NCBI GenBank assembly: GCA_963796965.1 | Contig: CAWCNS010000007.1 | Coordinates: forward strand, 910,598-974,597 | Length of the DNA stretch: 64,000 nucleotides | Source: Calditrichia bacterium | Lineage (GTDB): Bacteria; Calditrichota; Calditrichia; JAJRVZ01 | Direction of reading: 5' to 3' | Shown: piece by piece, positions 34,152 to 43,726 of the stretch | How positions within the stretch are numbered: position 1 is the first letter of the stretch | Layout: each line of letters starts with the position of its first letter | The notes under the pieces: generated by a model | Seen by the model: the letters and a program-made list of their open reading frames with translations, nothing else | The model's database searches: none | What the model was told of the DNA's origin: nothing | Position numbers and translations under genes: made by a program

Positions 34152-34654
34152 AACCACAGAGTACACGGAGTAATTTATTAATTTTATTTGAGTTAATACC
34201 GTTTCTCATTATCTCCCTCTGTGATCTCTAATATTATATGACTCTCCTTATTCCCTCTTTTAATTTGTCGACATTAAATTGATCAATAGTCCAACTCTGT
34301 AGATTTTCTGCTTTCAGATAAGTCATCACCTGAGAGATATGAATATTTTTAATTGCTTCAACACATTTTAATTCAACAATCACCTTGTTTTCGATCAAAT
34401 ATTCTAATCGATAATTACCAATAGGATTGCCCTTATATTCAATCTCGAGTTGTTTCTGTCTTTTATACTCAATTCCCCGTGACTTTAACTCATGCTCCAT
34501 GGCTTCTTCATATAAATTTTCCAATAAACCTGGTCCAAGTAAAGAATGAACTTTCCCGATAAATCGGGACACAGGTGATTATTTTTTCAGTAATATCTTT
34601 GAGAGGATATTCGTTAGGAGTTCTCAGAGTATTTCTCTGTGGCCTCTGTGGTTT
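34152..34654. repeat. Inverted repeats flanking the GxxExxY gene
   Basis: Left AACCACAGAGTACACGGAG (34152-34170); right CTCTGTGGCCTCTGTGGTT (34635-34653). Confidence 0.8.
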
Positions 34655-34657
34655 CAT
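34234..34657 (-). CDS. GxxExxY protein (PD-(D/E)XK-like); disrupted near 34560, possibly a pseudogene
   Basis: MKPQRPQR...YPLKDITEKIITC / VHSLLGPGLLENLYEEA...VIVELK...Q..TYLK; frame broken at the palindrome TCCCGATAAATCGGGA. Confidence 0.8.
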
Positions 34658-35022
34658 CTTTTAATCCAATTTTTCATTTTTTCATAGACCTTTTGACACT
34701 ACCTATTATTTTGTAGATAATTTTATATATGCGATTAAACAAATTTTTGTTTCAATCATAGTAGTGAACTGTATTTGCGCTTATAGTATTCCCACAAAAT
34801 ATTTCCAAAAGCAAATTACAGGTTAATCAGTTTGTACACATTGGAAGTATAAATGATATCCGGATATCAGAGCAGGATACGGGACGCGAAAATCCAAATG
34901 AAGATAGAGATTCCTTCAATCCGGCTTGCATTTAACAAAGAAATCTCTGAAATTTTACCACAATCTTTTTTGTCTAATTTGTGCTGATCATAGTACAGGA
35001 AAAAAACCGGTAGGAGCAAGAA

Positions 35023-36003
35023 ATGCCAAGTTTAGAAACAAAATATATGAATCTTAAAATAAAGAACCCCATTATCGTTGCCAGCAGTGGTCTTACAAGT
35101 TCTGTCGAAAAGATTGTTGACTGTGAAAAAGCCGGTGCAGGTGCCGTTATTATAAAAAGCCTGTTTGAAGAAGTATTAGCGCAAGAAGATTGGGGTTTGA
35201 GTGAAGCAGCACCTTACCATCCTGAAGCACATGACTACTTAAATGCAGAAATACAAATGCAATATGGTCCCAATGCTTATTGTGACCTTATTTCAGAAGC
35301 CAAAGAAAAAGTAAATATTCCAGTAATTGCCAGTATTAACTGTATATCCGCCAAGTGGTGGTCTGAATTTGCTATTAAGGTCGAGAATGCAGGCGCAGAT
35401 GGACTTGAGTTAAACGTCTTTAATATTCCCACCGACCCGGAAATGAATGGATCAACAATAGAAAAAATATATTATGATGTATTGGAAACTGTTAAAGCTA
35501 AAGTCAAAATTCCTATCGCTATGAAAATTAGCCGAAACTTCACCTCTCTGCCTTTTCTGGTTACCCAACTTGACCGCAAGGGTCTAGATGGGATTGTTTT
35601 ATTTAACCGCTTTACTGAACCGGATATAGATATCCATAATCTAAAAATGAAAACTACATTTTCATTTAGTACCCAGGAAGAAATTCACACGATTTTACGC
35701 TGGGTTGCTTTACTCTCAGAAGGATTATCCTGCGATATATCAGCCACCACTGGAATCCACACCGCTGAAGGCGTTATTAAACTTATTCTGGCTGGCGCTT
35801 CGACGGTACAACTGGCCTCTGTTCTCTACAAAAATGGTTTGGATCATATTAGTAAAATGGTTACAGAAATAGAGAAATGGATGACGACTTATCAATTAGA
35901 TACGGTAGATGACTTCAAAGGAAAGGTTGGATTCTCTCCCGAATATGATCCTGAAGTTTATTTAAGGGCACAGTTTATGGAGAAAGTGAGAGGAGTTGAG
36001 TAA
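35023..36003 (+). CDS. Dihydroorotate dehydrogenase-like flavoprotein
   Basis: KNPIIVASS, KSLFEE, PVIASINC, ELN, LFNRF, GIH...K.ILAGA..VQ. Confidence 0.85.
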   Translation: MPSLETKYMNLKIKNPIIVASSGLTSSVEKIVDCEKAGAGAVIIKSLFEEVLAQEDWGLSEAAPYHPEAHDYLNAEIQMQYGPNAYCDLISEAKEKVNIPVIASINCISAKWWSEFAIKVENAGADGLELNVFNIPTDPEMNGSTIEKIYYDVLETVKAKVKIPIAMKISRNFTSLPFLVTQLDRKGLDGIVLFNRFTEPDIDIHNLKMKTTFSFSTQEEIHTILRWVALLSEGLSCDISATTGIHTAEGVIKLILAGASTVQLASVLYKNGLDHISKMVTEIEKWMTTYQLDTVDDFKGKVGFSPEYDPEVYLRAQFMEKVRGVE

Positions 36004-36029
36004 AGATTAATATTAGTCTTTTATGGCCT

Positions 36030-36592
36030 CTATAGACTGGATTCGAGAAAACCAACTAAGATCGAATCCTCCATTGCATTTTGTCCATTTGAGGTATTTA
36101 ATAGATGCAACGTGTCAAGAACATAGAGATTTGTATTCTCATAGGCTTCAGTCTGGCCTGAATAGTCAATCTCCATCCACCAAAACCCAGAACTACTTTT
36201 TACTCCCGATAAAAATATAAATAATAACATAATGATTGCAAATCCACTTATTGCTTGATAAACAGGTATTCTAAATGTAAAAAGAGATTGTATCCAGTCT
36301 ACATAATCGATCCCTTCCCTTCCTGTTTATATGTTTCTTTAATTCAATATAGTTTTGGATATTTCTTTGTATTCTCGGATCTGCCTTTAATCCTAGATCT
36401 GGGGGGCTCTTGAAATATTTTCTCAAAGAAGTAATCGAACGATAAAAATGTTTACAATCGTTACAGGAATTTATATGAGCAGCTGATATCGGGAAAATCG
36501 TCTAACCCGGTATTGCTTTCCATAAATTCATGAATTTTATCCCGGATATCAGAACATATACCGTTTGGGATTCTATCTGACTTATGCGTCAT
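36030..36592 (-). CDS. Putative zinc-binding (HxxxCxxC) transmembrane anti-sigma factor, frameshifted
   Basis: ATG overlaps the sigma-factor stop; a shifted frame reads HINSCNDCK; a hydrophobic segment follows. Confidence 0.55.
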
Positions 36593-37184
36593 TTGACACC
36601 TCTATTTCATTTGGATCAAATTCTTTTAACTTTGCAGCTAAACTTCGGGTTATATAATGAAGTCTTGATTTAATTGTACCCGGGGAACAATCCTGAATAA
36701 TAGCAATTTCAGATATGGAGTAATTCTCCTGAAATCGAAGTATAAAGGTTGTTTTTCGTTCCACATCCATTTGTGATAGTTCATTCTGGATAGCTTCCTC
36801 AAACATATTTTGCTCTAATAGTTGTTCCTGATTTTTCTCATCCCATTCATGGCGGTCCATATCCACATCATTTTCAACAACTTCGCGGACCTTTTTACTG
36901 CGATATTCATTTTTACATAAATTTGAGGCTATCGTATATATCCATGTCGAGAATTTATGGCTTGAATCAAACTGATAGGATTTATCGATAACCTTGAGAA
37001 ACACTTCCTGCAGCAGGTCCTGAGCCTTCTCCTCATTTCCACCCATCATGCGGTACAAATAGTATAATAGTTTTTGATTATATCTATTATAGAGTTCTTT
37101 TAAACCAGCTGTTTTACCAGATGCAACAAGCGTCATCAATTGTTCATCATTTAAATTGGTATAAGTGCTAATCCATTTTAACAT
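36582..37184 (-). CDS. ECF sigma factor (sigma70 group 4)
   Basis: AQDLLQEVFLK, FSTWIYTIASN, ISEIA...GTIKSRLH. Confidence 0.92.
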   Translation of the reverse strand: MLKWISTYTNLNDEQLMTLVASGKTAGLKELYNRYNQKLLYYLYRMMGGNEEKAQDLLQEVFLKVIDKSYQFDSSHKFSTWIYTIASNLCKNEYRSKKVREVVENDVDMDRHEWDEKNQEQLLEQNMFEEAIQNELSQMDVERKTTFILRFQENYSISEIAIIQDCSPGTIKSRLHYITRSLAAKLKEFDPNEIEVSNDA

Positions 37185-37208
37185 ATATGAAGCCGACCCG
37201 TAATCAAA

Positions 37209-38379
37209 TTACTGCCAATTAAGTTCATCAATATGTTTGATGAATTTCTTATTCCCTGCTTTTTCTGCAAGATGTAAGGCTTTTTCTTTCCACCTTTGTG
37301 CTTCCTGATGGTGTCCTGATTCATGGTAAACTTCCGCTAATTTCAAAAAAGCAACAACATAATTTATATGTAACCGATCTAATCCGGTTTTAACCAAATA
37401 CGTATCGCTATACCAGTCGTACTTAAGATAATCCAGGCGTAGATTATTGTCCAGGTTATCTTTTATACGCGCTATATTATCAAATCGTTTCGTGCTATAT
37501 TTAAAAGCTAAACCAACAAGGTACAGGTTCTCTTTTATATCTTTTGTACTTTCGCTATATACGGTTGCTGCAGTATACACGGGATTCTTAGGATAGTTTT
37601 TTGTTAATGCATTTGCACATTCTGCAAGAAATACATTCATTTTTTTATGTGAAAATGATTGTACATCCAATTCAATACCCTTTTCGGATAGCATACGTTT
37701 AAAATAATCACGATCTACAAAGGTAAGATGTAGATTCATAACTAATACATCCCTCCTTATGCCAAAATTATTTTGAAGAACCCAGGCCGGATAACTATCA
37801 TTATCTCCATTTGTAAAGAGTATGGCATTTTTCTCAGTTGAAGCCAGTACATTGTAATTATAGTTTAATAGACCGGGAGAAATGTCTCTTGTCTCGTATA
37901 GTTCGGAACAGTACTGTTTAAGTTTTTCCGCATCCCCTTTCTTTTCATAATGAGCAATAAACTCATATAAAGCATCAGGGCGTTTTGGATCTACTGCATA
38001 TGCCTTTTCTAACAGACTGATATCGCGCTCGCCATTATAATATTTTAAGTAATTATACTCATATGAATCAGGAATATATTCTCCCATTTTTGCTAAGATC
38101 TCACCCGTTACCTGTTTATAGTTTTCAGCATCTCCCTGCCATATCGAATATCTTGTAGCCATGAAATAGTTATACCAGGCATTGACATCCCTTCGATTTT
38201 CCTCGACTTGTTTCTTCCATAAAATTGATTGTTCCTCATACCATTGATGAGATTTCTCAACATAGATAAACCGATATACTTTTTCTGGTTTCACTGTAGT
38301 AGTGGTGGCATCTGAGCAAGCTGAAAACTGTGGCTATGATAACTACAAAGATAACGGATATTACTTTTACAGTTCTCAT
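37209..38379 (-). CDS. Exported TPR-like hypothetical protein (frameshift near 38310)
   Basis: Signal-like N-terminus from ATG 38379; ILFTNGDNDSYPAW motif; helical repeats. Confidence 0.55.
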
Positions 38380-38590
38380 AATTGTCCTCTCGGCTGATTA
38401 TATTTATATTTTGCTTACACTATGATACACGGCATTTGAGCAAAGGTTCACTGCCCAGCCAAATGACCTTGCATTTAATATACCTACTTAATATTTTGGC
38501 ATAAATAAATTGAATTCTCTTATATTTCTATCAGATCAGCTCAGTCGGCAATAGTTCTATGAAAAAATGAAATAAAGGAATGATAAGACG

Positions 38591-38661
38591 AAACCACAGA
38601 GTACACAGGGGGGAATAAATTCGTTTAAGTAAATAAATATTAAATACTTACTCAGTGTACT
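38591..38661. repeat. ACCACAGAG-family palindrome interrupted by IS110 (remainder at 40369-40376)
   Basis: aaccacagagtacacagggg ... ctcagtgtaCT [IS] ctgtggtt; removing the IS restores the inverted arm. Confidence 0.85.
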
Positions 38662-38674
38662 TGTATGTTTAAAG

Positions 38675-38880
38675 TTAAAAGATTTAACTAACACTTTACT
38701 TGTTTATGTTTTATAAAACCTAGATAATCTGGCATGTAAGGAGGTCCGTGTCCTGGTCTCGGAGACCGTCACAGAGTTTCTTCCCGCTGCCAGATAAAAG
38801 TCGGTTAATAACTTGGCACTAAGATGCCGTATTTTTACAAGGCTGATGATGTCTGGTTTTACATTTAACAAGTAAAGGAG
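38675..38880 (+). ncRNA. IS110 bridge RNA (target- and donor-binding loops); ends approximate
   Basis: Guides CCGTGTCCT (38746-54), CACAGAG (38770-76), TTAATAACT (38805-13), TACAAG (38836-41) match target and donor; stems ATCTGGCA/TGCCAGAT, GGTCTC/GAGACC, GGCA/TGCC. Confidence 0.85.
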
Positions 38881-38887
38881 TCATTAT

Positions 38888-40225
38888 ATGTCCAACTATT
38901 ATCTAGGCTGCGATGTAAGTAAAGGTTATGCCGACTTTATCATCTTAGACAGTGACAAAATAGTTATTGAGCCTGTCTTTCAGTTAGATGATACTTTTGA
39001 AGGGCATAACCAGTTTTATCACTTTATCCGTGATTTTTTCAAACGATACCCAGGATCGAACCTATTCTCTGCTGTCGAAAGTACTGGCGGACTTGAGAAT
39101 AACTGGCTGGCCCTGTTTAAACGTTTATCTGATATAATGAACATAAAGTCTACCAGAATAAACCCGGTCGGCCCAAATGCGCTTCATAAAGCATCATTAG
39201 AACGCAATAGTGATGATGCTATAAGTGCAAAGTTCATTGCCGAATATTTGATCACTTATCCTAAAAAAGTGAATTATAATGCTGACGACCCATACATTTC
39301 CCTAAGAAAACAATGGTCTCTTATTGAAATGTATAAAAAACAAAAAACACAACTTTTAAATCAACTGAATATTCTCCTTTATACGTCAATGCCATTTTTA
39401 ATGAAACATATCAAAGATGGAATTCCAAATTGGATATTACTCCTGCTTAAGACATATCCTTCATCAGCTAAATTAATCAGAACCAGGGAGACGACCCTGG
39501 CAAAGATTCCTTATATATCATATAATCGGGCTTGCGCTCTTATTTCCGATGCTAAGCAAAGTGTCGGCTCTATTGATGATCAAACAACCGCTTTTATTAT
39601 TAAATCTACTGTCGAACAGATCTTACATCTCAAAAATAAGATTGAGCAACATAAAAAGTATATGATAACTCACTGTGATCTGCCGGAAGTGAATCTTTTG
39701 CTATCATTTAAAGGTATCGGCATTTATTCAGCCATCGGCCTTATCCTCAACATCCTTGCTGTCGAACGTTTTCCATCAGCAAAACATCTGGCTTCCTATT
39801 TCGGTGTTCATCCTGTATATAAGATTAGCGGCGATGGGAAAGGTGCTTTTCGGATGAGTAAAAAAGGTCGAAGTGTACCCAGACAAATTCTTTACATGGT
39901 AGCCCGCAGCAGCATAGTTTACAATCCCTTAATCAAGGAAGTCTATATTAATCACTTAAAAAGAGGCAATGTTAAATCATCAGCTCTTGGTGTATGCATG
40001 CATAAGGTACTGCGTATCGTCTTTGGAATGTTGAAACATCAAAAAGAATTTGATCCGGAAATAGATAGGCAAAACAGGAATAAAACCAGAATTGTGAAAA
40101 ATAGAAGTTCTAATTCCAATTTAAAACGTCGCTATCAGGAAAAATCAGAGGATGCTCCTGTTTCTAAAAGACAAAGCATTAAAAGAAGGAAGAGAAAACA
40201 GTCCCAAAACCTACTTGAGGTTTAG
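38888..40225 (+). CDS. IS110 family recombinase (DEDD RuvC-like + Tnp domain)
   Basis: LGCDVSK, VESTG, SDDAISA, GIG..SA, SYFGVHP...SG, MSKKG...R. Confidence 0.93.
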   Translation: MSNYYLGCDVSKGYADFIILDSDKIVIEPVFQLDDTFEGHNQFYHFIRDFFKRYPGSNLFSAVESTGGLENNWLALFKRLSDIMNIKSTRINPVGPNALHKASLERNSDDAISAKFIAEYLITYPKKVNYNADDPYISLRKQWSLIEMYKKQKTQLLNQLNILLYTSMPFLMKHIKDGIPNWILLLLKTYPSSAKLIRTRETTLAKIPYISYNRACALISDAKQSVGSIDDQTTAFIIKSTVEQILHLKNKIEQHKKYMITHCDLPEVNLLLSFKGIGIYSAIGLILNILAVERFPSAKHLASYFGVHPVYKISGDGKGAFRMSKKGRSVPRQILYMVARSSIVYNPLIKEVYINHLKRGNVKSSALGVCMHKVLRIVFGMLKHQKEFDPEIDRQNRNKTRIVKNRSSNSNLKRRYQEKSEDAPVSKRQSIKRRKRKQSQNLLEV

Positions 40226-40415
40226 TGCGGGATCAGAATTTCCTCTTCCCTCAAGAAGTGCTTATAAAATAATACGGAATCTTAGAATTGTCAAAGAACG
40301 AGTAAATTTTTACAAGAGAGACTGACATACATTGAGGTCAGTTTCTCTTGACTTTAATCTTAATAACTCTGTGGTTATTTTTTGACACTACGTCAGATCA
40401 GTATGGGAGATATTT

Positions 40416-41252
40416 ATGGATATTAATGTGTATAAAAGAGCTGCTGAAATTATTATTGAAGCCGATGCCATACTCATAACTGCAGGTGCAGGTATGGGAG
40501 TTGATTCAGGTTTACCAGATTTCCGTGGCAATGAAGGTTTCTGGAATGCTTATCCATTGATTGCTAAGCGTGGTATTCCTTTTTATGAGATGGCCAATCC
40601 CAAATGGTTTGACAGTGATCCGAAAATTGGCTGGGCATTCTATGGACATCGCCTGAATCTATACCGGGATACACAGCCACATGCAGGCTTTACTCAACTA
40701 CTTAACCTGACAGAGAGTAAAATTGGAAAATTTTTTGTATTTACATCAAACGTTGACGGGCAATTTCAAAAAGCAGGATTTTCTGAAGAAAGAATAGAAG
40801 AGTGCCATGGCTCTATTCATCATCTTCAATGTAGCCGGCCCTGTTCCAGCCACATTTGGTCTGCAGAAGACATAAATATTAATATCGATGAAGAAAATTT
40901 TGAGGCTCAAGAACCTTTTCCAACATGTGAACGATGTGGTGCCATAGCCCGACCCAATATATTGATGTTCGGCGACTGGTCGTGGGTTTCTGGACGAACA
41001 AGTAAGCAGGAGAATCGGTTGAATTCATGGCTCGATTCAATTAGTAATAAAAAAAGGAAGGTAGCTATTATCGAAATGGGTGCGGGAACAGCGGTTCCTA
41101 CCGTGAGACATCTTTCCGAGAGTATTGCCAGCCAGTTCTCAGCCCATCTTATCAGAATTAATCCACAAGATTCATCCGTTCCGTCTGGGCATATATCAAT
41201 TGAGTCAAATGCAGCGGATGCAATTCATCAAATAATTACATCTATGAAATAA
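40416..41252 (+). CDS. Sir2 family NAD-dependent deacylase
   Basis: GAGMGVDSGLPDFRG, TSNVDG, ECHGS, zinc Cys pairs, RPNILMFGD. Confidence 0.92.
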   Translation: MDINVYKRAAEIIIEADAILITAGAGMGVDSGLPDFRGNEGFWNAYPLIAKRGIPFYEMANPKWFDSDPKIGWAFYGHRLNLYRDTQPHAGFTQLLNLTESKIGKFFVFTSNVDGQFQKAGFSEERIEECHGSIHHLQCSRPCSSHIWSAEDININIDEENFEAQEPFPTCERCGAIARPNILMFGDWSWVSGRTSKQENRLNSWLDSISNKKRKVAIIEMGAGTAVPTVRHLSESIASQFSAHLIRINPQDSSVPSGHISIESNAADAIHQIITSMK

Positions 41253-41285
41253 ACGAGTCATTCCTCACCATAAATGTAATCAAAA

Positions 41286-42218
41286 TCAAAATGATCCGAG
41301 ATCTGAGGCCAGACAATTTTCATTTACCTGTGCAGACGTCTTTGCACCAGGTATAGCAGTATGACAGGCAGGATGTGAAATACAGAATCGCAGACTGGTC
41401 ACGACTTCACTTTCATCTGGATATTTATCAAATAGTGGTTGCAGGGATTCGGATTTTTCCAGGTATTCCTCCAATTTTTCAGGGGAAAGATTCATATGAC
41501 GATGATCATCTTCATTAAAACGACTCGTCCGATCAAATTTTCCAGATAAGAATCCAAATAAGATTGGGATTCTAACAATAACACCGATCCCATAATTTAT
41601 CGCTTTGGGAAATAATACTTTTTCTGCCTCTCTTTCAATGAGGTTATATCGTACCTGAATACAATCAATTAATTGATAATGATCATCCAACAAAAAAGCC
41701 TGCTCACTTTCCTTGAAAGATTGTACACTCCAACCTGCATGCAAAATTTTACCATCATTTTTTAATTTCTCCAATGCCAGCCAGGGGTCGTCGCGTTTAA
41801 GTATCTCGGTATCCGGGCTATGTAATTGGAGAATATCAAGCTTCTCTACACCTAATCTTTTAATACTTTTTTCGGCGGCCGCAATCAGATAATTCTTATC
41901 ATAATTTTGTCGAATCGGACCATAACCCTTATCATCTGATGAAGAAGCATTGTAGAAGTCATTTCCAGCTTTCGTGGCAATAATAATCTCCTTGTCGCCT
42001 GATTGTGATAAAACATCACGGATAAGATCTTCTGAATGACCAAATCCATAGACATCTGCTGTATCAAGAAAATTTACGCCATTCTCAAGTGCCGCTTTTA
42101 TGGCATTTTTTGAGACAGTATCATCCGTCTTACCCCAATTCATTCCGCCTATTGCCCAGGCACCAAATCCAATGGTTGATACCCGCGGACCTCTTTTACC
42201 TAAATTGACATATTTCAT
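41286..42218 (-). CDS. Aldo/keto reductase
   Basis: GFGAWAIGG, DTADVYGFGHSE, ATK, LQLHSP, IPGAKT. Confidence 0.92.
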   Translation of the reverse strand: MKYVNLGKRGPRVSTIGFGAWAIGGMNWGKTDDTVSKNAIKAALENGVNFLDTADVYGFGHSEDLIRDVLSQSGDKEIIIATKAGNDFYNASSSDDKGYGPIRQNYDKNYLIAAAEKSIKRLGVEKLDILQLHSPDTEILKRDDPWLALEKLKNDGKILHAGWSVQSFKESEQAFLLDDHYQLIDCIQVRYNLIEREAEKVLFPKAINYGIGVIVRIPILFGFLSGKFDRTSRFNEDDHRHMNLSPEKLEEYLEKSESLQPLFDKYPDESEVVTSLRFCISHPACHTAIPGAKTSAQVNENCLASDLGSF

Positions 42219-42398
42219 TATTTTTTATACCTTTTAATATAAGCATTGTTGGTTTGGTAACTGAAAAAATTTATTAATATTTAGACAAATAATCATATGA
42301 TAAGAAAAATAATCTGACATATAGAATCGCAGGGCACTTAAGTAACCTTCTTTAACTTTTAGCGTCATCATTTTAGAAAAATTAGGGCTCATAAGGCA

Positions 42399-43646
42399 AT
42401 GATTAAAGAAAAAGTTTTCTCTTCACATTATATTAGTCGCATTGCTAGGTCTAAACCTAAGTTGTAATGACACATCGGTTAATCCTGAAACTATACCTGT
42501 TTACGAACGCGGTTATCTCATTGAATCTGAAGAGATTGGTACTTATACACCTGAACAGATCAGTCAGATTCTTACATTTCTTGATATTGATCATGATCTG
42601 GTCCTTAGAACACTGTAAAGGTTATTAAAATTGTATATCAGACAACAGATTCGAAAGGAACTCTTTTAAAGGCCTCCGGGGCAATAATGGTTCCTCAGAC
42701 TTCTGCAATCGCTACCACATACTTTCCATAAATCATGGGACAGTCGTAAAGCGAACGAATGTCGCCTCCGAAGGGCCCCTAAGTTCTGTTGAGGGTGTCG
42801 GAGGATTAATTACTGCTTCGCTTGGCTATTTGACCTGCGTTCCTGATTATTTGGGCTATGGTATCTCAGAAGAGATCCATCCCTATGTTCATGCAAAATC
42901 ATTGGCCATATCTATAATTGATATGATCCGCGCTACCATTCGCTATAGTGATATAGAAAGTATTGATATAACCAAACATTTATATCTGACAGGTTATTCT
43001 GAAGGCGGATATGCGACGCTGGCGACACAGAAGGAAATAGAAGAATTTTACAGCACTGAATTTGAGTTGATTGCTGTTGCGCCCATGGCGGGACCCTATG
43101 ATTTATCCGGGGTTGTAGATACTATAATGAGCAAAGATACGTATCCATCTCCTGTATACATTGCCTTTATGATGACTGCCTATAATGATATTTATGGCTG
43201 GAACCGACTCAATGACATATTCAATTCGCCATACGCATCTATGATGGAGGATTTTTTTGATGGAACAATATCCTATTCAGATATTCACAACCAATTGCCA
43301 AATAAACTCACCTCTCTTTTAAAGCCACAATTTGTTTCAGACTATTTAAATGGAGATGAGCCGGAGATAAAAAATGCCATGGAGGAAAATACCCTCCTCA
43401 ACTGGTCACCGCAAACTCAGATAAGGTTTTTCCATGGAAATGCTGACGAAGATGTTCCGTACAGTAACGTTTTGAATACAATAGATAAATTGAAAAGCCA
43501 GACAGATCAGGAAATTACGTCTGGTTACGATTGAGGGTGGCACCCATGCAAGTTCCGGTTTACCATGCATATTTGGAATGATTGAGTGGTTTGAACAAAT
43601 TAGGACTAATTTGGAAAAACACTATCAACCTCTTGCCCAAAGATAA
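42399..43646 (+). CDS. Secretory lipase-like alpha/beta hydrolase lipoprotein (frameshifts near 42610 and 43520)
   Basis: Lipobox LNLSC; HGT; PDYLGYG; GYSEGG nucleophile; HG..DEDVP. Confidence 0.75.
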
Positions 43647-43726
43647 GCACGTAATATTTTTTATGGTATTCTTATAAATCTGATCTTCCAGTTTGCATTC
43701 TTTACACTCAGACAATCAACATCCAT

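Larger units (their letters stand above)
38660..40368 (+). mobile_element. Complete IS110-family element (about 1.7 kb) with CT core
   Basis: Junctions gtgtaCT|tgtatg and taataaCT|ctgtgg; no terminal IRs; end-joining creates TTGACT-17-TATGTT. Confidence 0.9.

Noticed and set aside
34831..34840. TTTGTACACA as a fourth SOS box
   Set aside because: Half-site only; the left GTGTAC arm is missing.
40416..41252. Sir2 gene as an anti-phage (Thoeris/DSR-type) effector or IS cargo
   Set aside because: It has classical zinc-binding sirtuin deacylase motifs, no defence partner genes, and lies outside the IS right end (40368).
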